A stretch of DNA of 64,000 bases from a virus: IMG/VR virus record IMGVR_UViG_3300025010_000005, positions 1-64,000 of that record. The stretch is one strand, 5' to 3'. The first letter of the stretch is position 1. Every line of letters begins with the position of its first letter. The position numbers and the translations under genes are program-made. The notes under the pieces were generated by a model, which had not been told where the DNA came from, ran no database searches, and saw only the letters and a program-made list of their open reading frames with translations. This document shows positions 27,266 through 37,646 of the stretch, in pieces.

Positions 27266-27589
27266 ATGGATAAGAAAACGATCGACGAATTGACCGCTAG
27301 CTTCAGAGCTATGCTCGTCGCCAAGTATGGCGAAGATGACGTTAAAGGCCCCTCAGAGGCTCATGACGGCGTTGAATTTACCTCTAGTATGATAGAGGCG
27401 GGCATGCGCTCAGATACTATTAATAGGGCAAAAAAGATGCTTAAAAGACTTCCCAAACACTTCGATCACCTTGACGTTGCAGCCGTAGAAGGAATCAGCA
27501 CCGGAGCCGCTCATGCACTTCTTTACAGGCTTTGTAAAACCGGAGCCATTAAAAGGGTCAGGAAGGGAGAATATTCGAAGATCGATTAA
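27266..27589 (+). CDS. Winged-helix DNA-binding protein
   Basis: AAGGAGG RBS; LPKHF..DVAA..GIS..AHALLYRL..GAIKRVRKGEY. Confidence 0.7.
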   Translation: MDKKTIDELTASFRAMLVAKYGEDDVKGPSEAHDGVEFTSSMIEAGMRSDTINRAKKMLKRLPKHFDHLDVAAVEGISTGAAHALLYRLCKTGAIKRVRKGEYSKID

Positions 27590-27625
27590 CCTCGATTCAC
27601 AAAACTTAATGAAGTAAACTTATTG

Positions 27626-27652
27626 AAAAAGAGGGCCATGTGGCCCTCTTTT
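27626..27652. terminator. Terminator (bidirectional form)
   Basis: aaaagagggcca-tg-tggccctctttt. Confidence 0.75.
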
Positions 27653-27655
27653 CTG

Positions 27656-27684
27656 TTGACAACTATCCTTTAAGATGATAAGAT
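27656..27684 (+). promoter_or_regulatory. sigma70-type promoter
   Basis: TTGACA-17-TAAGAT, near copy of 1660-1688. Confidence 0.8.
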
Positions 27685-27775
27685 GGATACATCGAAAGGA
27701 GTTTTAAATGGACGGAAATGATCAATATGAAGAGTTTATTGGTTGCGAAGAATTTTATAACGAAAGGAACCAGGA

Positions 27776-29293
27776 ATGAATCTTACTAGAACCTATTATT
27801 TGGATTCTGCAGAAGCACAACAAATTATGGCAAAACATGGAGATAATAAGTGGTGGAATTCTACTGATACTTTCGAGGCTGCATATTATCAACTTCAAGA
27901 AGATTATCTTATCATGGACTACTATTATTTCACTGAGGGTCTTTGTAAAATGTTTGGACGAGGTTTTAGCCCCAGTTATCTTAAAGACGAGTGTTATGTC
28001 AAAGAACTTCGTCAAAAATCTACTAAGGTTTGGGAGACTTATCAAAATAGAAAACAGGAGCGTAAAGGACTAAAAAGTGATGTACAATGCAAAGTCTTTT
28101 ATGATGATCTAAAAGATGAACGGGAAAAATGCATCGGGATTATCGAGGATAAAAGTCAAAAAAAGTTTCACATGAATTACAGAATCTTCGATGAAATCAT
28201 TCAACAATCTTTTGAAGGAAAGGTAAATCTTAAAGAAAAGCTTGGCCTTGGAGATGATTATAGAAGAACCATTGAGATTACCGATAATACTTTTATAAAG
28301 CGTAACGCATATTATTTGAAAATCAAATACGTTATCAGAAATATTCTTGGATTCACTTATCAAGATAAGTCCATTATTGGATTTATCATGGCAAACAGAA
28401 TTAAAATCGAAAAACGGGAAATGAAGTTTGGTAAGTGGTTGCTAAACGAAATTTCAAAACAAAAGAAACAAACCGAAGTTGATAATTATTTGGCAAAAGA
28501 TTATTGGAATAAGGTAACTCTTCAAGATTGTCTATCTTTGCTTATGGAACAAACTTCTAGTCTTAACAGTCAAATCGTGATTACTGCCAATCCTCTCGAT
28601 ATGTTTCTTGCTTCTGAATGTTGCAGTTATGACTCTTGCTACAACATAGGTGGAGCATATAATTCTGGATGCCTTGCTTATATTCGAGATAACACTACAT
28701 TTATGGTTTTTGTTAAATCAAAGTCTAAAAATATTGAAGCAGAAAAGATTAATAACTATCCTTTCTGGAAGGATGGACGCTCTTGGTGTCATTTGGTAAA
28801 CAATGATGTTTTGGCAATGGGAAGAAAGTTTGGAAACATTACCCAAAGTCAAATTAAGAGCGTTGCAGATATTCTAACAAAGGAAATCTCTGGTGAAAAG
28901 TGGTATTCAAAGACTTCTAAATTACCACTTCCAAATAAATATCTTGATGGTCAAAGATCTATTTACCGTGACAAATTCTCAAAGGTTTGTGCAACTGGAA
29001 GTTATTTTTCGGCAATGGAAGTGCCGCCAAAACTTGAAACCAAAGCTGCCCGTTGCCTTTGTTGTGGTGAATTGGTTGGACAAACGAATTATTTCTTCTG
29101 CCCAAATTGTTACTCAAAATCCGTTGATGTTGTCCTTGGATTACCCAGAACTGAAATTGAACAACCATCTTTGATTCAAAATAATGGTATACTTAGGCAA
29201 CAACGATCACCAGCTCTTTATGCTGATTGGTTTACTATTACCCCAACTCCAATTATTCTTCCCAGATTAAATGTTGATGATATTCAATTTTAA
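27776..29293 (+). CDS. Cys-motif protein with one Zn ribbon, paralogue A
   Basis: LGLGDDYR, KFGKWL, NPLD..S....SC....G.Y..G...Y..D, CLCC/CPNC; aligns with 33337..35058. Confidence 0.75.
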   Translation: MNLTRTYYLDSAEAQQIMAKHGDNKWWNSTDTFEAAYYQLQEDYLIMDYYYFTEGLCKMFGRGFSPSYLKDECYVKELRQKSTKVWETYQNRKQERKGLKSDVQCKVFYDDLKDEREKCIGIIEDKSQKKFHMNYRIFDEIIQQSFEGKVNLKEKLGLGDDYRRTIEITDNTFIKRNAYYLKIKYVIRNILGFTYQDKSIIGFIMANRIKIEKREMKFGKWLLNEISKQKKQTEVDNYLAKDYWNKVTLQDCLSLLMEQTSSLNSQIVITANPLDMFLASECCSYDSCYNIGGAYNSGCLAYIRDNTTFMVFVKSKSKNIEAEKINNYPFWKDGRSWCHLVNNDVLAMGRKFGNITQSQIKSVADILTKEISGEKWYSKTSKLPLPNKYLDGQRSIYRDKFSKVCATGSYFSAMEVPPKLETKAARCLCCGELVGQTNYFFCPNCYSKSVDVVLGLPRTEIEQPSLIQNNGILRQQRSPALYADWFTITPTPIILPRLNVDDIQF

Positions 29294-29413
29294 TTGAAAT
29301 GAGAGGGGACTTTGTCCCCTCCGTTCTTCCTTTAAAATATGTGGCCCCTATCCTATAAATATTCTATAATATTTTGCACTATAAATTTGAAAAGAAAATA
29401 AGGAGAATTATAT

Positions 29414-29761
29414 ATGGCTCTTATTGCTTATTGGTCTGGAAAGTGGCCTAATCTTTGCTCTGGAAAATGGAGCCTAACTTGTAATGATATTGAATTGGAA
29501 ATTCCAGAAGATAAAATTCATAATCCAATGGGAACACATGGGTTTTATAGAAAATTAAATTCAACTACAAGTGAAGAAATTAGTTATTTTGATTACGAAG
29601 ATGGAATGTATTTTGATGAATGGGCAAGATGGAATGGTAGTTGGGTTAAGCAAATGTTTGAAAAAGTTGGAATCAAAATGAATGGTGATTTATATGCAAA
29701 CGTTTTTCTTGAGTTTCAGAAGCACGATTGGCGTCGTAATTCTTGTGGAGGTTGTCGTTGA
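29414..29761 (+). CDS. Conserved phage hypothetical protein
   Basis: WPNLCSG ... DWR..SCGGC; AAGGAG RBS. Confidence 0.7.
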   Translation: MALIAYWSGKWPNLCSGKWSLTCNDIELEIPEDKIHNPMGTHGFYRKLNSTTSEEISYFDYEDGMYFDEWARWNGSWVKQMFEKVGIKMNGDLYANVFLEFQKHDWRRNSCGGCR

Positions 29762-30153
29762 AGACTTTTGAATTTGGTAAATCTTTCCAACAAATTAAAA
29801 AAATTTTTCTAACACAGTTTTCGCTACTTAGCTCAAAACTTAGTAAATCAAACAGTTTCAACAAAGCAAAAAACATTCTAGGACGAGCCTTTCGGTTCGT
29901 CTTTTTTATTATATGGGAACTTATTTTTAATCTTCTTATTGTTTTTTTATTGTTATTCTTTTTGATCCGTCTGGCCTTCTTTGAGCTTCTTGAAAAGTTA
30001 ATCAAAATTTAACCAGAACAGGGTTGACAAATCGGTATAAATGTGCTATGCGCGGGCGATATATTCATTATATAATCGCTTTTTCGCCAGCTTGATTCAT
30101 CGGAACTTCCTGGATTAAAGAACTTCTTTTAAAACTGCTCTGTGAGGAAGTCG

Positions 30154-30182
30154 TTGACAAGTATGAAGACCTCTGATATAAT
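30154..30182 (+). promoter_or_regulatory. Consensus sigma70-type promoter
   Basis: TTGACA-17-TATAAT with extended TG. Confidence 0.85.
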
Positions 30183-30221
30183 GGTAGCCTAGAGTGATAT
30201 AGTGTAAGAAGGGAGATTGGA

Positions 30222-30512
30222 ATGAAACAGTTGGAAATGGTTCGGGAATCTAGCAAGACTGTTTTTCTTTCAAACGGAACACAAATGGAAATGTGTTCCA
30301 AACCTACCGTAAAACAAATGGATTCTGGTAAATATCGTTACAAGTTTACCACCAATTATTTCGGAAGGTTGGCAAACAGAATGACTTTCAAATTCTTCGG
30401 AACTGGCGATAAATTCACCATGAACGAAATCATCAAATTCCCTTATTGGACTGATGATACCATCGTCAAGGACGAAAACGGACGGCCCTTCACCAACGCT
30501 TCGATGGAATAG
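30222..30512 (+). CDS. Hypothetical early protein
   Basis: GGGAG RBS directly after promoter. Confidence 0.7.
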   Translation: MKQLEMVRESSKTVFLSNGTQMEMCSKPTVKQMDSGKYRYKFTTNYFGRLANRMTFKFFGTGDKFTMNEIIKFPYWTDDTIVKDENGRPFTNASME

Positions 30513-30521
30513 GAGATTAAA

Positions 30522-31520
30522 ATGGAAGATTATTTGAAGGTTGACTACACTTCGTCAATCCAGATTGGAACTTGCAATGTTTGTGATGAAAACAATATTC
30601 CCGTTTACATTCAAGATAATATGGATTGGGGAACTTGCGAGTCCTGCTTGATGGAAGCTTTTTCCAATTTCAGCAAAATGAATAAGAAAGGAGAATGACA
30701 ATGAAACAAACAATTTACAACATCGTGATTGCGGTTCTTATTTCGGCAATCCTGTTTCAACTGGGCGAGATTCGGAATGATTTCATCAAGCTTCAACAAT
30801 GGCAAATCAATGTTGAGAAGGATTTGGGGGTTTAGAAATGAAAGTTTGTTTTTGCGCTTGGAGACAGACACAAACAAATTACGTTTGTGGTTTTCAATCA
30901 TATGATCAAGAAAAAATGATATGTAATTCTGAAGATTGGTGCCAACATCAAATTAGAATGAAATCGGTTGAAGAATACTTTAAGGCAAAACAATTTAAAA
31001 TTCATTAAGGAGAATATACAATGTTCGTCGCAGAAAAGATCATGGAGACCAGAAATTTAAACAAGGAAATTGCACAACTCAGAACTAAAAGTTTGGTGAT
31101 GGAAGACGTCATCGAAGAGATTCGCAACATCGCAATTAAGGAGGGAAGCTTCCAGGAAATTCTCGATCTCACGGAATACGTTCGACTTTTTAAGTAGTTT
31201 CATTTTAAATAAGAAAGGAATTATACAATGAAGACTCAAGTTTGTCGTTGCCTCAAGAAACGGAAGCGTTACAATAAGAAGGCGATCACGTATTGGAATA
31301 AAGCAATCTTTTGTGGCCCTGAAACTTCTAGAATGTATAAACGACTTTATGTTCTGTTGAAGCCTTCTTTTGGTTGTTGGAGGAGATAAAATGACTTTTT
31401 CTGTTAAAACAAAACCAACAACGCCTCCTTCAAAAGATCCTCCCGGAGCGCAAGACGAAGGAAGGAAATAATGAATAATATCATCAAAGCAAAAAATCTT
31501 CTGGAAGCTCAACAATAAAT
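30522..31520 (+). other. Cluster of about seven very short early ORFs (<60 aa)
   Basis: Successive AGGAG/AAGGA-preceded ATGs, e.g. MEDYLKV..CNVC..CESC, MKQTIYNIVIAVLISAILF.., MFVAEKIME.. Confidence 0.55.
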
Positions 31521-31589
31521 TTCAACTTCATCGAGCGGAACGATCAAATCGTTTGCGTTTTCAATCAAGAATAAGAAAGGGGTTATTTA

Positions 31590-31829
31590 ATGAAAAATCG
31601 GAATTATTGTCTTTATCTTCATCACAACGAGATAATGCGCTATCATTATTCAAATACTCCAGTTCTTTACGGTAACTTCCAAGAGTGTTTGGATTACATC
31701 AGTAAAAAACTTGAAGAAGTGTTGAAGGACAAAGATATCAAAATTATTAGTGCTTCCAATACAGAGCTTCACATTAGGAATGAAAAAACAGAGTCTGATG
31801 ACTTCTACTTCATTGTTGTGTGCAAATAG
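31590..31829 (+). CDS. Hypothetical protein
   Basis: Abuts helicase start. Confidence 0.6.
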   Translation: MKNRNYCLYLHHNEIMRYHYSNTPVLYGNFQECLDYISKKLEEVLKDKDIKIISASNTELHIRNEKTESDDFYFIVVCK

Positions 31830-33221
31830 ATGAATAAAATCAAACTATATAAACACCAAGAGGAAGGCATTGCCTTCCTTTCTTCATTGAAAGATTCCAG
31901 ATTGAAAGGAAAGATATTAACTGACTCAATGGGAATAGGAAAGACTCCTCAAGCAATCTTCTCGGCAAAGGCATTAGCAATCAATTCCAGAAAGATTCTC
32001 ATTGTTTGCCCTGCAACTTTGAAGATCAACTGGAAGAGGGAGATTAAAAAGTTTATTAATGAGAAGGCATTGATTATTGGAAACAAATCTTGGGAATCAA
32101 GAATCGATCATTATAATTGGTTCATCATAAATTATGACCAACTGAAGAAATGGGAAGATTATTTGTTGTCAAAGAAATTTGACGTTTGTATCATCGACGA
32201 AGCTCACTTCCTAGCAAAGAAAGGAAATAATAGAACAAACATATTTATGGGATGTAAACAAAACAAAAAGAAAAAGGATAGCAAAGAACATCGAGGAATT
32301 ATTAAAGTCTGCAAGAAGCTGATTTTATTGACTGGAACACCAATCACTTCAAGGCCAGAGAATCTTTATAATCTTCTCAAAATGTGTAATCATTCTACAG
32401 CAAAAAGTTGGATGAATTTTGTTGTTCGATATTGCAATGCAAAAAGAACAAGATTTGGTCTTGATACAAGCGGTTGCTCGAATTCTCGAGAACTTTACGA
32501 TTTAACCAGAGATGTTATGTTGGGAAGAAATAAAGAGGACGTTCTGGATCTTCCGCCAAAAACTCGAAGGACTTTGGTTGTTGAAATCGATAAACGGGAG
32601 TATAACAAACTTTGGACTGATTATAAAAACGATCCAAAGAATAACAAAGCAATCATGAATTGCGAAGCTTTGGTTATGCTTGGAAAACTTAAAATGGCTT
32701 GTTCTATTGCCAAACTTCCGGCTACAATTGAATTAATCGAGGAAATGTTAGAGGAAGGAGAAAAGGTTCTAGTATTCACAAATTATACACAAGTTGCGAC
32801 AACTTTAAAGGAACATTTCAGCGAATTTGCTGTTATGCTTACAGGAGGAATGACTGACAAACAAAAACAAGAATCAGTTGATTCATTCCAAAATAATGAA
32901 AATATAAGGCTTTTAATTGGGAACTTGAAAGCTGCTGGTGTTGGATACAATATGACGGAAGCAACACAAGTTGTTAAGAATGACTTCTCATTCATTCCGG
33001 CAGATCATTTCCAAGCAGAAGATCGAGCGCATAGAATAACAACGAAACATCATGTTCAAGTTACATACATGGTAGCCAATGGAACGATTGATGAAAGGCT
33101 TGCGGATATTATCATCAAGAAGGTTGAGTATATCGCCAATTGCTTAGAAGGTAAAGACGTAACCGAGTCCAGCGTTTATTCCGAGCTTCATGCAATGTTA
33201 ACCAATGTAAAGCAAGATTAA
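31830..33221 (+). CDS. SNF2-family (SWI2/SNF2, HARP-like) helicase/translocase
   Basis: DSMGIGKT, LIVCPA, IIDEAH, LLTGTP, AAGVGYN, QAEDRAHRI. Confidence 0.92.
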   Translation: MNKIKLYKHQEEGIAFLSSLKDSRLKGKILTDSMGIGKTPQAIFSAKALAINSRKILIVCPATLKINWKREIKKFINEKALIIGNKSWESRIDHYNWFIINYDQLKKWEDYLLSKKFDVCIIDEAHFLAKKGNNRTNIFMGCKQNKKKKDSKEHRGIIKVCKKLILLTGTPITSRPENLYNLLKMCNHSTAKSWMNFVVRYCNAKRTRFGLDTSGCSNSRELYDLTRDVMLGRNKEDVLDLPPKTRRTLVVEIDKREYNKLWTDYKNDPKNNKAIMNCEALVMLGKLKMACSIAKLPATIELIEEMLEEGEKVLVFTNYTQVATTLKEHFSEFAVMLTGGMTDKQKQESVDSFQNNENIRLLIGNLKAAGVGYNMTEATQVVKNDFSFIPADHFQAEDRAHRITTKHHVQVTYMVANGTIDERLADIIIKKVEYIANCLEGKDVTESSVYSELHAMLTNVKQD

Positions 33222-33232
33222 GAGTTGTAAAG
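33196..33232 (+). repeat. Four phased 7-mers with 10-bp period (TGTTAAC, TGTAAAG, GATTAAG, TGTAAAG)
   Basis: Starts at 33196, 33206, 33216, 33226. Confidence 0.7.
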
Positions 33233-33336
33233 ACCGTGATATGGTTATATCATGGTCTCTTGTTTTGTGCTATAATAGATATAATGAAGTCAGGAGTGTA
33301 TGATTCGGAATGGGTTTTGAGAAAGGAATTTTAACA

Positions 33337-35058
33337 ATGGAGATCGGAACTAAGAATGTCATCGACTACCCTACTTTCGAAGCTGAACGCAATTTTTTGT
33401 GGAATAGACTTAAGAGTCACAATCCCACTTTCGTAGAGAATATATTCCAAAATTCAATCGAAAAAGCGTTCTACAACAAGATCGACCTGAAGATTCTTCT
33501 CGGTCTTGGCGATGATTATCGAAAGGAATTGGTGTTGGAAGAACCGTCCTTTATGAGCGATCTTCGTTTCTCAATCTTTTACGAGACCATGCGTAATGTA
33601 TTTGGTTCAGAATACAGCGATGTTGTGAAATGGATTAGCACCAACAAGATCGAAGTGGAAGTCGAAAATAGAATGGGAAAAGCAACCAGGAACTTCAAGT
33701 TTGGAAAGTGGCTTTCCGACAAGCTGGCGAACGAAGGAACAAGGGATAAATGGAATCAATATAAAGTTACTAATTCCAGATACAGAGACGAAAGTTTTGG
33801 AAAATTGTCCAATGAAACTATCATTTCTCAAATCATCGAGATGGGAAAAACAACAAAAAAGAATAACATTATCATTTCTTGCAATCCGCTCGACTACTTC
33901 TTCTCATCAGAAGAAGATTTTTGCGGTTGGTCTTCCTGTTTCAATTGGCAAGGAGAATATTGCAACGGCAATCTTTCCTATATGGAAGATAAGATGACTG
34001 CCATGATTTACGTTAAAGGAGAAGATTGTGATCTAAAAGAATATCCATTCTACAAATCAGCAAGGTTCTGGACTATGTTTCTCAAGAATGACAAGGATAT
34101 TTATGATTGCATTTCCTTTGGGAGAAGGTATGGAAACTTCACTGATCTTCTGATGATCCAAACTTCCAACGAGATCACCAAAGCAATTAGTGAAAAACAA
34201 GGAATTTCAAATAAATGGCACGGCAAACAGAACTTCGACTGGGGGAATACTAATAAAATCAATGAAGCAAATTTTGCAGGGTATTTCGATTACGGAGTCC
34301 AACGTGTAACTATACATGAAAACCGAAGAGGTATTTCGGAATCCTTCAATAATTGCGTTCCAGAAGTAAGACTAACTGGTGCTACTTGCCTTATTTGTGG
34401 AAACATAACATCAAATGATGAAAAATTCTGCTGTCAAGATTGTGACAACTTCGTTGGTCATTGTGAGGAATGCGGAACTTTAATCGAAGATAACGATTGT
34501 TACCATCATACCGCCGAAGGGCTTATGTGTAAATCCTGCTTTGATAGTAATTACGTGGAATGTGAAGTCTGTGGTCAAAATATTAGAACAGAAGATGCAC
34601 TTAAATCAGAAGATAACGGAAATTACTATTGCAATTATCATTACATTAGACTTCACAAACAATGTTCTGATTGTGGTAGAACACATCACATCGATAACAT
34701 GCGTATCATAAATCATAAATATGTTTGTGGGTCTTGTTTGGTGAAATACAAACCGTGTTCTACTTGTGGTAAACTCGAACACGAAGATAACATCATAGAG
34801 AATGACAATGGAGAACCATATTGCGAAGACTGCTATAACAAACAATACACTTCCTGTGCTTGTTGCTTTAAGGAAATCAAAAAGGTAGACGGAATCAAGG
34901 TTGAAAATCATGAATTCCTTTGCCATGATTGCACCGCATGTCAGAAGTGCAACCAATACATCAAGAAGGAAGATGTAATTCAGCACGGAGATTATAGTTT
35001 GTGCCAGAAGTGTTCGCAATCAGTGAGCGAAATTCCCAATACGATGCTTAGGAATTAA
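33337..35058 (+). CDS. Cys-motif protein with about seven tandem Zn ribbons, paralogue B
   Basis: Same core as 27776..29293 plus 14 CxxC/CxxH units; ATG after AAAGGA. Confidence 0.78.
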   Translation: MEIGTKNVIDYPTFEAERNFLWNRLKSHNPTFVENIFQNSIEKAFYNKIDLKILLGLGDDYRKELVLEEPSFMSDLRFSIFYETMRNVFGSEYSDVVKWISTNKIEVEVENRMGKATRNFKFGKWLSDKLANEGTRDKWNQYKVTNSRYRDESFGKLSNETIISQIIEMGKTTKKNNIIISCNPLDYFFSSEEDFCGWSSCFNWQGEYCNGNLSYMEDKMTAMIYVKGEDCDLKEYPFYKSARFWTMFLKNDKDIYDCISFGRRYGNFTDLLMIQTSNEITKAISEKQGISNKWHGKQNFDWGNTNKINEANFAGYFDYGVQRVTIHENRRGISESFNNCVPEVRLTGATCLICGNITSNDEKFCCQDCDNFVGHCEECGTLIEDNDCYHHTAEGLMCKSCFDSNYVECEVCGQNIRTEDALKSEDNGNYYCNYHYIRLHKQCSDCGRTHHIDNMRIINHKYVCGSCLVKYKPCSTCGKLEHEDNIIENDNGEPYCEDCYNKQYTSCACCFKEIKKVDGIKVENHEFLCHDCTACQKCNQYIKKEDVIQHGDYSLCQKCSQSVSEIPNTMLRN

Positions 35059-35068
35059 GGAGAATATT

Positions 35069-36232
35069 ATGGCACATTCAATATTAGACATTCTCAAAAT
35101 GACGGACGAACAAGTGTTCGACTACATCATCGAGTCTTTGTTTGACAAGGACTACAAGATCTTCACAGACCAGGAGGAAGATAATTATATCCTTGCTATT
35201 CCAACTGATGCAGAAGGAGTGGTGGTAGAACCAAATAAAATCTGTTTGGTTGCTCACATCGACACCTGTATGAGGACAAGAAAAAACCAGAAGATTATTC
35301 AAAAGGGACATATAATCAAGAATAAGTCTGGCATTCTTGGAGCAGATGATCGAGCTGGAGTTTACGCAATCCTGGAATTATTGGAGTTGGAACAAGAGAA
35401 GCGACCAATCGTCGTCTTCACCAATTATGAGGAATCAGGAGGTCTTGGAGTCAATCGTCTTCTGGAAGATAAAGGACTTGATGACGTGATCGAGAAGATC
35501 AATCTGTTTGTCGAGTTAGACCGAAAAGGTGCAAATGAATATGTTTTCTATACCAATATTCTACCAAAGGATATTAAAACTTGGGTTGAGAAACATGGCT
35601 GGAAGGAGCATTACGGCTCATATTCTGATGTATCAGATATAACAGAGGAGTTAAAGATTCCTCATGTTAACCTCAGTGTTGGCTATTATTCCCAACATAC
35701 CTCTGGCGAATACCTCAATATGAAAGTCCTTAAGGAGAACATTACCCTTTACAATGAACTTCTCAATGATTCAGAAGGTCTTCCTCGTATAATAATGACA
35801 AAGGAACAGATTACTGCTTACCAATGGAAGTCTGGATACTCTGGAAATTGGAGGGAAAAATATAAAGCAAGTTCTTTTGATTATGAATCACAAGATCAAT
35901 GGGATACGGACGCACCTTTTGGATCGGACGAATGGTGGGAATACTACTACGAATATAATAAAAACATTCCTTATCCCGGTCCAAAATCAAGAGGTTTTGA
36001 AAATAGGGAATTTGAAGAGGAAGACCCTTCATACAACGATTGTCAAATGGAATTATGGGAGGAAAAACTAGCCTTTCAATCAGACCATTTCGAGGTTCAT
36101 TGGCTGATGCTAATGAAAACAGTCAATTACTTCCGAACCGTTGATCGCCTTCTTTGGTTCAGAGAGTGCAAGGTCTTGTTCAAACAAGAGTCTAAACCGG
36201 AAGTTAAACCTGTCATTAAGAAGGAGGAATAA
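35069..36232 (+). CDS. M28/M20-family Zn peptidase/amidohydrolase
   Basis: AHID, LGADDRAG, EESGGLG, ELDRKG, SD, NLSVGYY.QHT. Confidence 0.85.
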   Translation: MAHSILDILKMTDEQVFDYIIESLFDKDYKIFTDQEEDNYILAIPTDAEGVVVEPNKICLVAHIDTCMRTRKNQKIIQKGHIIKNKSGILGADDRAGVYAILELLELEQEKRPIVVFTNYEESGGLGVNRLLEDKGLDDVIEKINLFVELDRKGANEYVFYTNILPKDIKTWVEKHGWKEHYGSYSDVSDITEELKIPHVNLSVGYYSQHTSGEYLNMKVLKENITLYNELLNDSEGLPRIIMTKEQITAYQWKSGYSGNWREKYKASSFDYESQDQWDTDAPFGSDEWWEYYYEYNKNIPYPGPKSRGFENREFEEEDPSYNDCQMELWEEKLAFQSDHFEVHWLMLMKTVNYFRTVDRLLWFRECKVLFKQESKPEVKPVIKKEE

Positions 36233-36556
36233 ATGGTTGAAGTAATTGGTGCATTTTATGAATTACCTAATGGACAAATTGCAAAAACCATTGGATGGAA
36301 TGGAAAAAAGAAAACAATATTATATTATTTCGATGATGGTCAAGGCTCTCATACCATTAATGAAGATGAGACCAAAGAATGGAAATACCTTAAATTGTAT
36401 GATTTTCCAAATGCACGTGATCCAAAGTTGCCATATGTGTTTGATCTTCTTTGGGATATTAAATATACTTCCGATCTCGTTAGGGAATTAAACGGCCATT
36501 ACGATGAAGAATCAATCAGGGAAGAAATGAAAAATTATAAAATTCAATTAGGTTAA
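36233..36556 (+). CDS. Hypothetical protein
   Basis: GGAGG RBS, abuts peptidase. Confidence 0.65.
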   Translation: MVEVIGAFYELPNGQIAKTIGWNGKKKTILYYFDDGQGSHTINEDETKEWKYLKLYDFPNARDPKLPYVFDLLWDIKYTSDLVRELNGHYDEESIREEMKNYKIQLG

Positions 36557-36580
36557 GCTTCATATAGAAAGGTGGAATAA

Positions 36581-36790
36581 GTGAAACTAAATGTTGAAGA
36601 GTTGAAATTCCTTGACTTCACAATGGAGTTCTTAAAAAGGAGATGGGATTCAGACCAACGATCCTTAGAAATAATTAAAACCATTTCAGATAAAATCCAA
36701 AAGGAATTGGCACAACAAGATATGAATAAGAAATTGTTCGGAATCAAATCGGAGAGTAAATATAGCTTCTTCAAAGACTTGAAAGGATAA
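36581..36790 (+). CDS. Hypothetical protein
   Basis: In-operon ORF with RBS. Confidence 0.55.
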   Translation: MKLNVEELKFLDFTMEFLKRRWDSDQRSLEIIKTISDKIQKELAQQDMNKKLFGIKSESKYSFFKDLKG

Positions 36791-36793
36791 ATT

Positions 36794-36898
36794 ATGCCAA
36801 TTGTAGAAATGGTTCTTGCTTCCATCGCTGGCGGAGTTATTGGTTGGTTTATTGGAGAAGCTATCTGGCTTGTTTTAGTAACCGTCTTTAAATTTTGA
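36794..36898 (+). CDS. 34-aa membrane micropeptide
   Basis: MPIVEMVLASIAGGVIGWFIGEAIWLVLVTVFKF. Confidence 0.55.
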   Translation: MPIVEMVLASIAGGVIGWFIGEAIWLVLVTVFKF

Positions 36899-37131
36899 GA
36901 GGAGAATAAAATGAGTGGAGAAATTATAAATAAAGTTTTGCCTTGTGGAAATAAAGTCGTTAGCAATGATGGGAAGTTTTGGATATCTTCTTGTTTCGAT
37001 TTACCTTGCGCAGAATGTGATATGGAAAACTATAACAAATGTAAACGCGACTTTCAAGTTATTGAATAAAAGGAGGAGAATAATACATTATATTTGTTTG
37101 ACTAGAACCAGATAAATAAAGGAGAATAATA

Positions 37132-37371
37132 ATGATTAAACTGTGTTATCAAATTGTTTGGAATGTCATTTACAACAAAGACCATTCGATGCTCATGAAT
37201 CTCACAAGCCAGGAATTGGTTAAGGAGATGGTGACCTATTTACAAGACATCGACCAGAAGCTTTCAATTCAAGAATATGCAATTGAACAAATGTTTAGAA
37301 GAGGTTGCATCCAATGTGTCATTGCAAAATTTTGTTTGCATTCCCTAAACGTTGAGAAGAAGGAGATTTGA
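37132..37371 (+). CDS. Hypothetical protein
   Basis: AAGGAG RBS. Confidence 0.6.
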   Translation: MIKLCYQIVWNVIYNKDHSMLMNLTSQELVKEMVTYLQDIDQKLSIQEYAIEQMFRRGCIQCVIAKFCLHSLNVEKKEI

Positions 37372-37634
37372 TGATGAGTAAACCAGATGTTAAAATTTAT
37401 AAAGTATTAGATTTTTATAATGTAATGTCTTACATTCGAGAAGAATTTGGCATCGAGTTTTATAATGAATTTGATAATTGGTTTTATTCTAGGCATAATG
37501 TTAACAATGATTCTATGATAAACATTTATGTTGATGATATCAACAACGAGTTTCACAAATTTCTAAAAGAAACATTTCCGGAAGCTTTAAACGGAACACA
37601 CAATGATATTATCCGCTTCTGGGTTTCGTGGTAA
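37368..37634 (+). CDS. Hypothetical protein
   Basis: AAGGAG RBS; ends FWVSW. Confidence 0.65.
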   Translation: MMMSKPDVKIYKVLDFYNVMSYIREEFGIEFYNEFDNWFYSRHNVNNDSMINIYVDDINNEFHKFLKETFPEALNGTHNDIIRFWVSW

Positions 37635-37646
37635 AGGAGAATAAAG

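Noticed and set aside
29673-30012. ORFs 29673..30005 (-) and 29743..30012 (+)
   Set aside because: Low-complexity products of strand skew, no RBS, overlap a real gene
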